A stretch of 56,492 nt of DNA from an uncultured Sphingomonadales bacterium (GTDB taxonomy: Bacteria > Pseudomonadota > Alphaproteobacteria > Sphingomonadales > Sphingomonadaceae), in NCBI GenBank assembly GCA_903828025.1, contig CAIKKO010000076.1:1-56492 (forward strand), given 5' to 3'. Shown here piece after piece: positions 47,708 through 56,492 of the stretch. Each line of letters begins with the position of its first letter. Positions within the stretch are counted from its first letter, which is position 1. The notes below the pieces were generated by a model. The model had not been told where the DNA came from. It saw only the letters and a program-made list of their open reading frames with translations, and ran no database searches. The position numbers and the translations under genes are program-made.

Positions 47708-49690
47708 TCAAATTTCCAGTTGGCTGCCGAGCTCGATCACGCGGTTGGTGGGCAGGCGGAAGAACACCATCGCGCTTTCCGCGTTGCGCACCATCCATGC
47801 GAAGATCTTCTCGCGCCAGATCGCCATGCCCGGGCGTTTGGAGGCGATCAGCGTCTGGCGGGCGAGGAAATAGCTCGTTTCCATCGGCTTGAACGGGCCG
47901 CCCGCGCGCGTCTCCGCTTCCAGTTCGGCGGGGATGTTGGCTTCGTCCATAAAGCCGATGCGGATGATCATGCGGTAGAAGCCAAAGCCCATGTCTTCCA
48001 CTTCGCGGCGTCTGGCGGGGGGCACGTGCGGCACGTTCTGGGTCTCCACCGTCAGGATCACGACCCGGTCATGCAGAATGTGATTGTGCTTGAGGTTGTG
48101 CAGCAGCGCGGGCGGAATACCCTCCGCGCTGGAGGAGAGGAACACCGAAGTGCCGGCCACCCGGCGCACCTTCTGCGCGACGGATTTGAGGAACACGTCG
48201 AACGGCATCGAATCCTCGGCCAGCCGCTCCCGCAAGATGCGGCGGCCGGTGGCCCAGGTCGTCAACATGGTGAAGGCAATCGCCGCCACCAGCAGCGGGA
48301 ACCAGCCGCCGTCGGGAATTTTGGTCATGTTCGAGGCGAAGTATGCGCCGTCCACCAGCAGGAACAGGCCGGTGAAGAACCCGGCGACAAGCGGCGGCCA
48401 CTTCCACACGATGAACGCCAGCACCCCGAACATGCACGCGGTGATGAACATCGTGCCCGTCACCGCGATGCCATAGGCCGAGGCGAGATTGCCCGAAGTG
48501 CGGAAGCCCAGCACGAGCAGCACGACGAGCACGAGCAGCGCCCAGTTGACCAGCGGCACATAGATCTGCCCCGCCGCGCTCGCGCTGGTGTGGCGGATGC
48601 GGATGCGCGGCAGATAGCCCAGCTGCACCGCCTGCTGCGAAACCGAAAACGCGCCCGAAATCACTGCCTGGCTGGCAATGATCGTCGCCATCGTGGCGAG
48701 CAGCACCAGCGGCAGGCGCAGACTTTCGGGGGCGAGCAGGAAGAACGGATTTTCGACCGTTTCCGGATGGCGCAGCATCATTGCCGACTGGCCGAGATAA
48801 TTGAGCAGCAGGCACGGGAAGGCGATCCACAGCCAGGCCACGGTAATCGCGCGGCGGCCGAAATGGCCCATGTCGGCATAGAGCGCCTCGGCCCCCGTCA
48901 CCGCCAGTACGATCGAGCCCAGCGCGAGGAACGCGAGCATGGGATCAATCATGAAGAACCGGACCGCATAGAGCGGGTTGATCGCCGCGAGAATCTCGGG
49001 CGCCTGCAGGATCCCGGTGACGCCCAGCGTGGCGATCACGAGGAAGTAGAACACCATGACCGGGCCAAACAACTTGCCCACCGCCGCCGTGCCGCGCGCC
49101 TGGATCGCGAACAATCCGATCAGGATCGCGATCGAGATCGGCAGCACCAGCGCCTCGAACCCGGGGTGGACCACGGTCAGCCCCTCGACCGCCGAGAGCA
49201 CCGACACCGCCGGTGTGATGATCGCATCGCCGAAGAACAACGCCGTCGCCGTCAGGCCGAGCATGACCATCGCATACATCCAGCGCTCGTCGTTCATGCA
49301 GCGGCCGACCAGCGCCAGCAGCGCGAGGCTGCCACCTTCGCCCTTGTTGTCGGCGCGCAGGATCATGAAGACATATTTGAGCGTGACGACGACCATCATC
49401 GTCCAGAACACAAGGCTGAGCACCCCGAAGATATGCTCATGGTCCACCCGGAGCGGGTGGTGGCCGATGAAGCTTTCCTTGAGCGAATAGAGCGGCGACG
49501 TACCGATATCGCCAAACACCACGCCAATGGCGCCCATCGCCAGCTTGGCAAGACTTTCCTTGGGGTGGTGATCGTGGCCAGCAGGATCGGGGCCAGCAGG
49601 ATCGTGAACAGCTTCGCCGACGGCGGTTTCGACCGCAGCGGTTTCGGCGAGCGGGACGGGAGGTTCACCCTGAGTCGAGTTCATGTCCAT
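47708..49690 (-). CDS. kup: KUP/HAK potassium transporter
   Basis: GVVFGDIGTSPLY, ADNKGEGG, GAEALYADMGHFG, GQIYVP. Confidence 0.97.
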   Translation of the reverse strand: MDMNSTQGEPPVPLAETAAVETAVGEAVHDPAGPDPAGHDHHPKESLAKLAMGAIGVVFGDIGTSPLYSLKESFIGHHPLRVDHEHIFGVLSLVFWTMMVVVTLKYVFMILRADNKGEGGSLALLALVGRCMNDERWMYAMVMLGLTATALFFGDAIITPAVSVLSAVEGLTVVHPGFEALVLPISIAILIGLFAIQARGTAAVGKLFGPVMVFYFLVIATLGVTGILQAPEILAAINPLYAVRFFMIDPMLAFLALGSIVLAVTGAEALYADMGHFGRRAITVAWLWIAFPCLLLNYLGQSAMMLRHPETVENPFFLLAPESLRLPLVLLATMATIIASQAVISGAFSVSQQAVQLGYLPRIRIRHTSASAAGQIYVPLVNWALLVLVVLLVLGFRTSGNLASAYGIAVTGTMFITACMFGVLAFIVWKWPPLVAGFFTGLFLLVDGAYFASNMTKIPDGGWFPLLVAAIAFTMLTTWATGRRILRERLAEDSMPFDVFLKSVAQKVRRVAGTSVFLSSSAEGIPPALLHNLKHNHILHDRVVILTVETQNVPHVPPARRREVEDMGFGFYRMIIRIGFMDEANIPAELEAETRAGGPFKPMETSYFLARQTLIASKRPGMAIWREKIFAWMVRNAESAMVFFRLPTNRVIELGSQLEI

Positions 49691-49774
49691 CGCCGCGCGG
49701 CTACTCCTGCTGCTTCGCGGTTGCGAGAACTATTTTGACGCGACTCGCAGCCCAGGGGGGCAGCCGCGCAGATT

Positions 49775-51580
49775 TTACTTCGGCGGTGAGGGACTGGCTG
49801 GAGTTGAAGCCGGGGCGGGGGGCGCGGGGCTAGGGGCGGCCAGCGTCTCCGCAGGCTGGATTATGATCGGTACGGCCGTGCGTTTGCCCGCCGGATCGCG
49901 CACGGCGCGTGCGCGCGTGCCGCCCAGCAATGGCGCACTATCCAGCGCGCGCAGGATCGGCGTCGCGATCGGGATGTCGCCGTTGTGGCGGACTTTGCGC
50001 CAATGCTGCTCCGGATCGTAGCGCGCATTGTCGGGCATGAGCCAAGATTGTTCGAGCGCACCGGCGGCTGCCAGCACGCGCGCCTTGGCGATATAGGCAT
50101 TGGCGATCGCGGTGTTCGAATTGCTGCGCGCCACCAGCAGTTCGCGCGCCAGATCGAGCACGTCGAGCGTGGTGATGAGCCCCGCGCGCTGCTGCAGGAT
50201 CGCGCCTTCGTACGCCTGGCGGGCAGAGGCCTCGGCGTCGCGGTAGCTGGCGATGCCTGCCTGCTGCGCTTGCCAATCGTTCCACGAGGAGGCCAGCGTC
50301 GCGCGGTTTTCCCGCAGCGAGGCATCGAGCAGCCGCCAGTCTGCATCGTTGGCGGCCAACGCATCGCCAATGCGCGCGTCACGCAAGCCGCTTTCGAAGA
50401 TCGGCCCGCTGATGATGAACTGGCCGCGCACCTCCTTGGTGCGCAGCGCGTTGCTATAAGCGCTTTGCGTGCCGTAGTTCGCGCTGCCCTGAAAATCGAC
50501 GCGCGGCATGAGATCGGCTCGGGCCGCCGCCACGCTGGAGCGCGAGACCTTCTCGCGTGCTTGGGCTGCCAGGATGACCGGGCTGTGCAGCTCGGCATAA
50601 GCATAGGCTTCTTCCAGCTGGCGCACGGGCAATTGGAGCGGATTCGGCTGCACCAGATCGCCAGCGGGCACGCCGACCATGCGCAGGAACGAGGCTTCGC
50701 TCGAGGCGGCATCACGCTGCGCCGAATAGACTTGCGCGCGGCCGAGCGCAGCGCGGGTCTCGACTTGCTGCACGTCGGTCGCGGTCACTTCGTGCACCGT
50801 GAGCCGGGTGCGGTTGTCGGTCAGCTGGCGTTCCAGAGCCGCAAGGTTGTCTTTGGCGATGACCACCGAGGCGCGGTCGCGCAGCACGCCGATATAGGCG
50901 GTGATCGCGTCCAGCAGCGCCTGCTGTTCGGTCGAACGCAGCACCTGCCGCTGAAATTCGAGCTGCGCGGCTGCGTTGCGCACTTGCGTGGCGTTGCGCC
51001 CGAAGGTGAACAGCGGCTGGGTGAGGATCGCCGATGCGGTCGAGGTCCAGCCCGAAAGGTGGATCGAGTGGCCGCGGCGCTGCTCGAAGCTGTCGCGCTG
51101 CCAGGTATCGGTCAGGCTGTAGTTGATCTTGGGCCCGAAGTTGGCGCGGGCCTCGACAATGCGGAAATCGTAGCTCTTCACCGTGGAGCGCTGTGCCAGC
51201 AGCGTGGGCGAGGTCCAGTACGCCAGGCGCAGCGCGTCGGTCAGCGAGGTGACCGGCTTGCCCTCTGCGGCCAGCGCGACGACATCGGACGGTGTTTCAG
51301 CGGGCAGTTCGGGGCGCACGGCGATGCGCCCACTCTCCGGATCGGCCTGATCACTGGCAGCATTGGCCGCATCGCCGGGGTCGCGCGCGCTGTCCGGATC
51401 ATCTGTGCCATACCCGCCGACCTGCGCTTCGGGAGCTGGAGGGCCTTGGACAGGGGCCGTCGCGGGTGCCGTCGCGGGTGCCGGAGGAGGCCCAACTTGC
51501 GCGGCGGCGGGCGCGAGCGCGGCCACCATGGCGATAGCGGTGAGCGAGGTGGCCATGAAGGTCGACGTGGGCGTGGGCAT
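49775..51580 (-). CDS. TolC-family outer-membrane channel of the T1SS
   Basis: LTQPLFTFG, ARADLMP, TTLDVLD; low-complexity N-terminal extension. Confidence 0.9.
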   Translation of the reverse strand: MPTPTSTFMATSLTAIAMVAALAPAAAQVGPPPAPATAPATAPVQGPPAPEAQVGGYGTDDPDSARDPGDAANAASDQADPESGRIAVRPELPAETPSDVVALAAEGKPVTSLTDALRLAYWTSPTLLAQRSTVKSYDFRIVEARANFGPKINYSLTDTWQRDSFEQRRGHSIHLSGWTSTASAILTQPLFTFGRNATQVRNAAAQLEFQRQVLRSTEQQALLDAITAYIGVLRDRASVVIAKDNLAALERQLTDNRTRLTVHEVTATDVQQVETRAALGRAQVYSAQRDAASSEASFLRMVGVPAGDLVQPNPLQLPVRQLEEAYAYAELHSPVILAAQAREKVSRSSVAAARADLMPRVDFQGSANYGTQSAYSNALRTKEVRGQFIISGPIFESGLRDARIGDALAANDADWRLLDASLRENRATLASSWNDWQAQQAGIASYRDAEASARQAYEGAILQQRAGLITTLDVLDLARELLVARSNSNTAIANAYIAKARVLAAAGALEQSWLMPDNARYDPEQHWRKVRHNGDIPIATPILRALDSAPLLGGTRARAVRDPAGKRTAVPIIIQPAETLAAPSPAPPAPASTPASPSPPK

Positions 51581-51590
51581 CGCGGTCAGC

Positions 51591-52940
51591 TCAATTGTCG
51601 CGGAACGAACGCATGAACTGGTCCATCAGCGGCTTGGTCACGTAGGAGAGCAGCGAGCGTTCGCCCGTCTCGATATAGACTTCCGCTGGCATGCCGCTGC
51701 GCAGTTCGAGGCCCTCCTTCTTCACCGAAGCCTGATCGACTTCGACCCGGGCCATATAGAAAGCCTGCTTGGAGTCCGGATTTTCGCTGCGGTCGGTCGC
51801 GATATACGTGACTTTGCCGATGATTTCCGGCGTCGTCGGGCGGTTGAACGAGGTGAACCGCACCCGGGCGGTCTGGCCCTTGGTCACCTGATCAATGTCG
51901 GACGGGCTGATCATCGCCTCGACCACCATGACATCGCGGTCAGGCACGATCTCCATGATCGGTTCGGCCGGGCGGACCACATCGCCGATCGCCGAAAATG
52001 CGATCTTCTCGATCACACCGGTATAGGGTGCATGGATCTCGCTGCGGTCCTGCTGGTCGGCGGCGCTCACGCTGCGCAGCTGCTGCTGGTTGAGCGCGGT
52101 GTTGACTTGCGCAAGGTCGGTCCCTGCCTGCACGCGCCGGGTCTGGCTCAGCTGGATTGATTGCTCCTCCGCCTCGGTAATCTTGGCGCGGGCCTGCGCG
52201 ATCTGCGCCTCCAGCGAACCGACATTGCCTTCAAGATCGACCGCGGTCCGCTCCAGCTGGTTGAGCCGGTTGATCGTGACGAGCTGCTTGTCCCACAAGT
52301 CCTTGACGCCCTGCCGTTCGGGCTCGATCAGCTTGCGCTGCTGCTTGAGCGCGGCGATCTGGGACTGGAAGCCGACGATTTCCTCGTTGTACTGGTTGAC
52401 CCGCGCGGCGAGCTGGGCGCGCAGCCCGGCTTCCTCGGTCTGGCGGATGGAAAACAGCCGCGCTTCGTCCGCCATTGCCTTTTGGGCGCTGGGGTTGGCC
52501 GAATGGGTCAGTTCCGCCGGGAACACGATCTGGCCCGAGCCGAGCCGCTCTGCCTCAAGCCGTGCGCGCTGAGCCAGCAATTGCTCGACCGTCAGGTTCG
52601 AATACGTTGCGTCCGCGCCGGTGACCCGATCATCGAGCCGCATCAGCAACTGGCCCTGCGTCACATGCTCGCCGTTGCGGACGTAGATGGCCTTGATCAC
52701 GCCGCCGGTGGGGTGGGCAATGCGCTTGACGCGCGATTCGACCCCGACCGAGCCGCCGCCGATCACTGCGCCGCCCATCGGAATGACCGCGGCAAGAACG
52801 AACAGCACCAGCAGCAGCCCGCCCACCGTGAGCAGCAGCCGTTTGAGCAGCCACGGCGCCTTGGCCTTGTCGCCGCCTTCCTCGCCAAATACCGGCAGCA
52901 GCTGGCGTGCGGGATCGGGAATGTTCATCGGCATGTTCAC
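51591..52940 (-). CDS. T1SS membrane fusion protein (HlyD/PrtE family)
   Basis: IAHPTGGVI, IHAPYTGVI, PIMEIVP, LRSGMPAEVYIETGERSLLSY. GTG start overlaps the upstream stop; ATG 52934 is an alternative. Confidence 0.92.
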   Translation of the reverse strand: MNMPMNIPDPARQLLPVFGEEGGDKAKAPWLLKRLLLTVGGLLLVLFVLAAVIPMGGAVIGGGSVGVESRVKRIAHPTGGVIKAIYVRNGEHVTQGQLLMRLDDRVTGADATYSNLTVEQLLAQRARLEAERLGSGQIVFPAELTHSANPSAQKAMADEARLFSIRQTEEAGLRAQLAARVNQYNEEIVGFQSQIAALKQQRKLIEPERQGVKDLWDKQLVTINRLNQLERTAVDLEGNVGSLEAQIAQARAKITEAEEQSIQLSQTRRVQAGTDLAQVNTALNQQQLRSVSAADQQDRSEIHAPYTGVIEKIAFSAIGDVVRPAEPIMEIVPDRDVMVVEAMISPSDIDQVTKGQTARVRFTSFNRPTTPEIIGKVTYIATDRSENPDSKQAFYMARVEVDQASVKKEGLELRSGMPAEVYIETGERSLLSYVTKPLMDQFMRSFRDN

Positions 52941-54709
52941 GCCACGGATTCCTTGGTTGCGGTGCCGCCGGGGGCAGGGGCCTGCCCAGCTTGCACTTGT
53001 GCCTGCGGGTTTTGTGCCTGCGGGTTTTGCGCCTGCATGCGCTGCATCACCTCGTCGCGCGGGCCGAAATCGGCGAGGCGGCCGCTGTTGATGACCGCGA
53101 GATGGGTCGAGGGACCAAGCGTGGCGGGGCGGTGGGTGATCATGATGACAATGCCGCCGCGTGCGCACACCCCGGCGATGGCATGCGCGAGCGCGGCGTC
53201 GCCCGCCGCATCGAGGTTGGAATTCGCCTCGTCCAGCACGAGCAGGAACGGATCGCCATACAGCGCGCGGGCAAGCCCGACGCGCTGACGCTGCCCGGCG
53301 GACAGTTCGACCGCGCCCGCCGAAACCGGGGTTTCATAGCCATCGGGCAGCGCGAGGATCACCTCGTGCATCCCCGCCGCCTTGGCCGCGTTCATCACCG
53401 CTTCCGAGGTGGCTTCGGGATCGAAACGCGCGATATTCTGGCCGATGGTGCCGTCCACGAGGTCGACCGTTTGCGGCACATAGCCGAAATAGCTGCCGAG
53501 CGTTTCGTGGTCCCACTGGTCGAGCGTTGCGCCGTCAAGCCGCACTTCGCCGCGATTGGGCTTCCAGATGCCGAGGATGGCGCGCACCAGCGTGGTCTTG
53601 CCTGCCGCGCTCGGGCCGATCACGGCAAGGACTTGACCGGGGGTCAAAGTGAGCGAAACGCCCGAAAGCGTAAAGCGCTGCGTGCCCGGCGGGGCCACCC
53701 AGATATCCCGCAAGGTCAACTCGTTGCTGGGCCGGTCCAGCGTGACATTGCGGGCAGGGGGCTTGCGGAAGGTCGAGACGGCTTGCGAAATGCGGCCCCA
53801 GCCTGCCCGCGCGGCGACAAGGCCCTTCCAGTTGGCGATGGCTTGATCGACCGGCGCCAGCGCGCGGCCCGACAGCACCGAGGAGGCGAGGATTACGCCG
53901 CCGCTGGCCTTGCCGTCGATCACCAGCAGCGCGCCGACCGAGAGGATCAGCGATTGCAGCAGCATGCGGAACGATTTGCTCGCGCCGCCGAGCCGCGAAA
54001 CGGTGCGTGAAAGGTAGGACTGCGCCTCGATGAAGTTGCCTTCCCAGCCAGCCGTGCGCGCCACCAGCCGCTCCTGCATGCCCATCGCCAGCGCGGATTC
54101 GGCAAAGCGGATTTCGGACAGCGCGGCGGCCGAGCGGCGGCCGGTGATCGTGGACAGCTCGCGCGATCCTGCCTGGGTGCGCTTGTTCGACCAGATGGCG
54201 AGGCCCGCCATCACGAAAACCCCGGCGAGTGCAGTCAGCCCCAGCCACCAGTGCAACGCGAACAGCACGATGAGGAAAGTGATCACCCACGGCAGGTCGA
54301 TCAGCGCAATCGGGCCCTGGCTGGCCAGAAACGTGTGCACGGAATCAAGGTCGCGCGTGAATTGCAGTCCGTCGCCCTTGTCGGCCCCGGCGCGCAGCGG
54401 CCGCGTGACGGTGGCATAGTGCACCGCCTCGAACAGATCGTCGTGCACGCCGTTGGCAATGCCGAGCAGCGCTTCGCTGCGGATGCCTTCGAACACTGAC
54501 TGGAACGCATAAACCAGCAAAAGCATGCCGAAGAGGCCGATGAGCGTGGGCACGCTGCGGCTCGGCAGAACAGAATCGTAAACCAGCAGCATGTAGCCCG
54601 AGCCTGCGAAAACAAGCACATTGAGCATGACGCTGGCGATCGCGACCAAGATCAGGCCGCTGCGATAGCGCCTGACAAACAGCCGCATGAATTGACGATC
54701 TACGCTCAT
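52937..54709 (-). CDS. T1SS ABC transporter (PrtD/AprD/RsaD type, no C39 domain)
   Basis: YMLLVYDSVLPSRS, DLPW, GPSAAGKTT, LSAGQRQRVGLARALYGDP, LDEANSNLD. Confidence 0.93.
   Translation of the reverse strand: MSVDRQFMRLFVRRYRSGLILVAIASVMLNVLVFAGSGYMLLVYDSVLPSRSVPTLIGLFGMLLLVYAFQSVFEGIRSEALLGIANGVHDDLFEAVHYATVTRPLRAGADKGDGLQFTRDLDSVHTFLASQGPIALIDLPWVITFLIVLFALHWWLGLTALAGVFVMAGLAIWSNKRTQAGSRELSTITGRRSAAALSEIRFAESALAMGMQERLVARTAGWEGNFIEAQSYLSRTVSRLGGASKSFRMLLQSLILSVGALLVIDGKASGGVILASSVLSGRALAPVDQAIANWKGLVAARAGWGRISQAVSTFRKPPARNVTLDRPSNELTLRDIWVAPPGTQRFTLSGVSLTLTPGQVLAVIGPSAAGKTTLVRAILGIWKPNRGEVRLDGATLDQWDHETLGSYFGYVPQTVDLVDGTIGQNIARFDPEATSEAVMNAAKAAGMHEVILALPDGYETPVSAGAVELSAGQRQRVGLARALYGDPFLLVLDEANSNLDAAGDAALAHAIAGVCARGGIVIMITHRPATLGPSTHLAVINSGRLADFGPRDEVMQRMQAQNPQAQNPQAQVQAGQAPAPGGTATKESVA
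52997..53036. repeat. 15-bp tandem repeat encoding QAQNP at the ABC C-terminus
   Basis: TTGTGCCTGCGGGTT x2 plus a partial copy. Confidence 0.75.
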
Positions 54710-54952
54710 ATCACTCCTGTCCCGCGCCCGTTATCCGATGCCATGGAGGGCAGCAAGCTCAAATTTGACGGAATTAGTTGTTAGTCTCGAACAACTTCCG
54801 AGCGGATCTTTAACCTAAAAATCGAAACGAGTTATGCTGAGGATACGTAGGTATATCGGGTTTAAGTTTAAGTACTTATCTTGTCGGCGCAGTCTTCGGC
54901 AGGGTCGTATAGCTAGTCCGTGCCTCGCGTAAGATAGCCTGTGTGGTTAGCG

Positions 54953-55330
54953 CTAGCGTTGGCTTTGACCCCACCGGCATAGCCCTGTGGGGGGGGTAAG
55001 CCGCAAGGCATCGGAAATATCTATTAGGACGGTTATGGCTTGCGCCTCCTTCGACGTAAGTCCAGAGAAATCGGGCAGGAATGCGCGCGCGGCCTGAATC
55101 AGGTTGCCCGGGCTCCGCTCCAGCTCGGAGCGGTATTGCGCCAATGTCGAGCAACCGTCGATTGCCGCCCACGCCACGCCGCCTGGGCCCGGACGCTCGT
55201 GAAACGCCCAGAGCGCCAGCACTGTCCGCTCGACAGCCATGCGGGCATGCTCGCCGGCCGCATCCGGCGATGCCCGGGCTTTCAGCTTCTGGCGATAGCG
55301 GCGTTGCCGGTCGGCGTTGGAGAGAGCCAT
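54953..55330 (-). CDS. Small hypothetical protein with a basic N-terminal helix (plasmid-type)
   Basis: MALSNADRQRRYRQKLK start; the 3' end runs into lower-GC DNA and a G8 tract. Confidence 0.6.
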   Translation of the reverse strand: MALSNADRQRRYRQKLKARASPDAAGEHARMAVERTVLALWAFHERPGPGGVAWAAIDGCSTLAQYRSELERSPGNLIQAARAFLPDFSGLTSKEAQAITVLIDISDALRLTPPTGLCRWGQSQR

Positions 55331-55527
55331 GGGCAAGGATTGGCCGCTGCGCGCACGCCGCGCAATCCGGTACCAATGCGTTACGTAACCATCCTTAACG
55401 TCATCTGGCCCTAGCCGCACGTGCTGCGACCGAAAGCCGGGTTGACCTGCGTCAATTCGCCGCATGCCCGAAATTGTTAGGTCACCGACGTCGGAATGGC
55501 TCCGGCGATGCGCGAGCGAGACAAGCG

Positions 55528-55953
55528 ATGGCATCTGCAGCTGACAGGACCCTGCGAAGGTCGATCCCGGGGACAGCCTTGTTCGACGGCGATCTGGCCT
55601 CGCGCGGGTTCGAACTCAATGCGATGTGCTTTTCTTTCAACGATCCGGCGAACCGCGCAGCCTTCGTCGCCGACGAGGCCGGCTACTGCCGCAAGTTCGC
55701 CCTGACCCCTCGGCAGCGCGCTGCTGTCGCTGCACGCGATGTTCTCGCCATGCTCGAGGCGGGCGGGAACGTCTACTACCTCGCCAAGCTCGCAGGCATC
55801 CTCGGCCTCAACGTTCAGGATCTGGGCGCGCTGCAGGCTGGGCGGAGTGTCGCTGAATTCAAGGCCATGCTGGTGGCCCAGCATGCCGGGGTCGACCCCG
55901 CTATCGACGGACTCCATCTTGGCAAGACCAACCCTGCACGGGAGCATGCATGA
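55528..55953 (+). CDS. ligA: Protocatechuate 4,5-dioxygenase alpha subunit-like protein
   Basis: IPGT...FDG...LNAMCFS...NRAAF...GGNVYYLAKL. Confidence 0.85.
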   Translation: MASAADRTLRRSIPGTALFDGDLASRGFELNAMCFSFNDPANRAAFVADEAGYCRKFALTPRQRAAVAARDVLAMLEAGGNVYYLAKLAGILGLNVQDLGALQAGRSVAEFKAMLVAQHAGVDPAIDGLHLGKTNPAREHA

Positions 55954-56492
55954 TGGCTGAGGTGGTCGGCGGGTATTTCACCAGCCACGTTCCCGCGATT
56001 GGCGGGGCGATCCAGCGGGGCGAGCAGCAGTCCGCATACTGGAAACCGTTCTTCGACGGCTTTCCACCGGTGCGGCAATGGCTGGAGGATGTCCGACCGG
56101 ATGTCGCGGTCGTGTTCTACAACGATCACGGGCTGAATTTCTTCCTCGATGCGATGCCCACCTTCGCGGTCGGTGCGGCTCCGCGCTATGACAATGCCGA
56201 CGAGGGCTGGGGCCTCCCGGTCTACAAGAGCTTCACCGGCCATACCGATCTTTCGTGGCATATCATTGATGCGCTGGTCGGGGCGGAATTCGACATCACC
56301 ATGTGCCAGTCGATGAAGGTGGACCACGCGCTGTCGATCCCGTTCGAGCTGGCCTGGCCCGATGCGGAGGTGTGGCCGGTCAAGCTGGTGCCCATCGCGA
56401 TCAACACCGTGCAGTTTCCGCTGCCCTCGCCGCGCCGCTGTCTCGCGCTCGGGCAGGCGGTGGGGCAGGCGCTGCGGTCGTGGACCGGGGCC
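55950..56492 (+). CDS. ligB: Class III extradiol dioxygenase beta subunit (LigB-like), truncated at the right edge; absent from the ORF track
   Basis: Manual translation from the ATG overlapping the ligA stop: MMAEVVGGYFTSHVPAIG...WKPFFDG...VVFYNDH...VDHA...INTVQFPLPSPRRC. Confidence 0.88.
   Translation, partial: MMAEVVGGYFTSHVPAIGGAIQRGEQQSAYWKPFFDGFPPVRQWLEDVRPDVAVVFYNDHGLNFFLDAMPTFAVGAAPRYDNADEGWGLPVYKSFTGHTDLSWHIIDALVGAEFDITMCQSMKVDHALSIPFELAWPDAEVWPVKLVPIAINTVQFPLPSPRRCLALGQAVGQALRSWTGA

Noticed and set aside
44020-49690. modABC and kup as parts of the novel system
   Set aside because: Ordinary transporters with no sequence evidence of a functional link.

Overview
High-GC alphaproteobacterial DNA; gene content suggests a sphingomonad (inference). 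Most of the window is a surface-export region with four machines. (1) 2.6-7.8 kb, minus strand: a CsgG/HfaB-family lipoprotein, a 515-aa secreted protein with seven NSIS-x-AAVGSSAS repeats, two small Asn/Ser/Thr/Gly-rich secreted proteins and a peptidoglycan-binding protein. This is a candidate non-canonical curli/Hfa-like fibre system, beside a PhoB-like regulator with Asn at the phospho-acceptor position. (2) 8.7-18.7 kb: a type II secretion operon. (3) 19-42.5 kb, divergent from the T2SS: TpsB, DUF2341-LamG-ExbB, ExbD, TonB-like, porin, a ~4,370-aa haemagglutinin/DUF3739 protein, Skp and an 836-aa DING/PstS-family protein. Blocks 2 and 3 mirror the P. aeruginosa hxc-lapA-pdtAB-exbBD phosphate-starvation locus and carry candidate Pho boxes, but no ECF sigma/anti-sigma pair is visible. 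(4) 46-54.7 kb: a PrtDEF-type type I secretion system, with two RTX-only proteins in the window. Also present: a 276-bp MITE on the stop codon of a DsbA-family gene, a candidate sRNA, modABC, kup, a plasmid-type small gene and ligAB-like dioxygenase genes running off the right end. All family assignments come from motif recognition; no searches were run.
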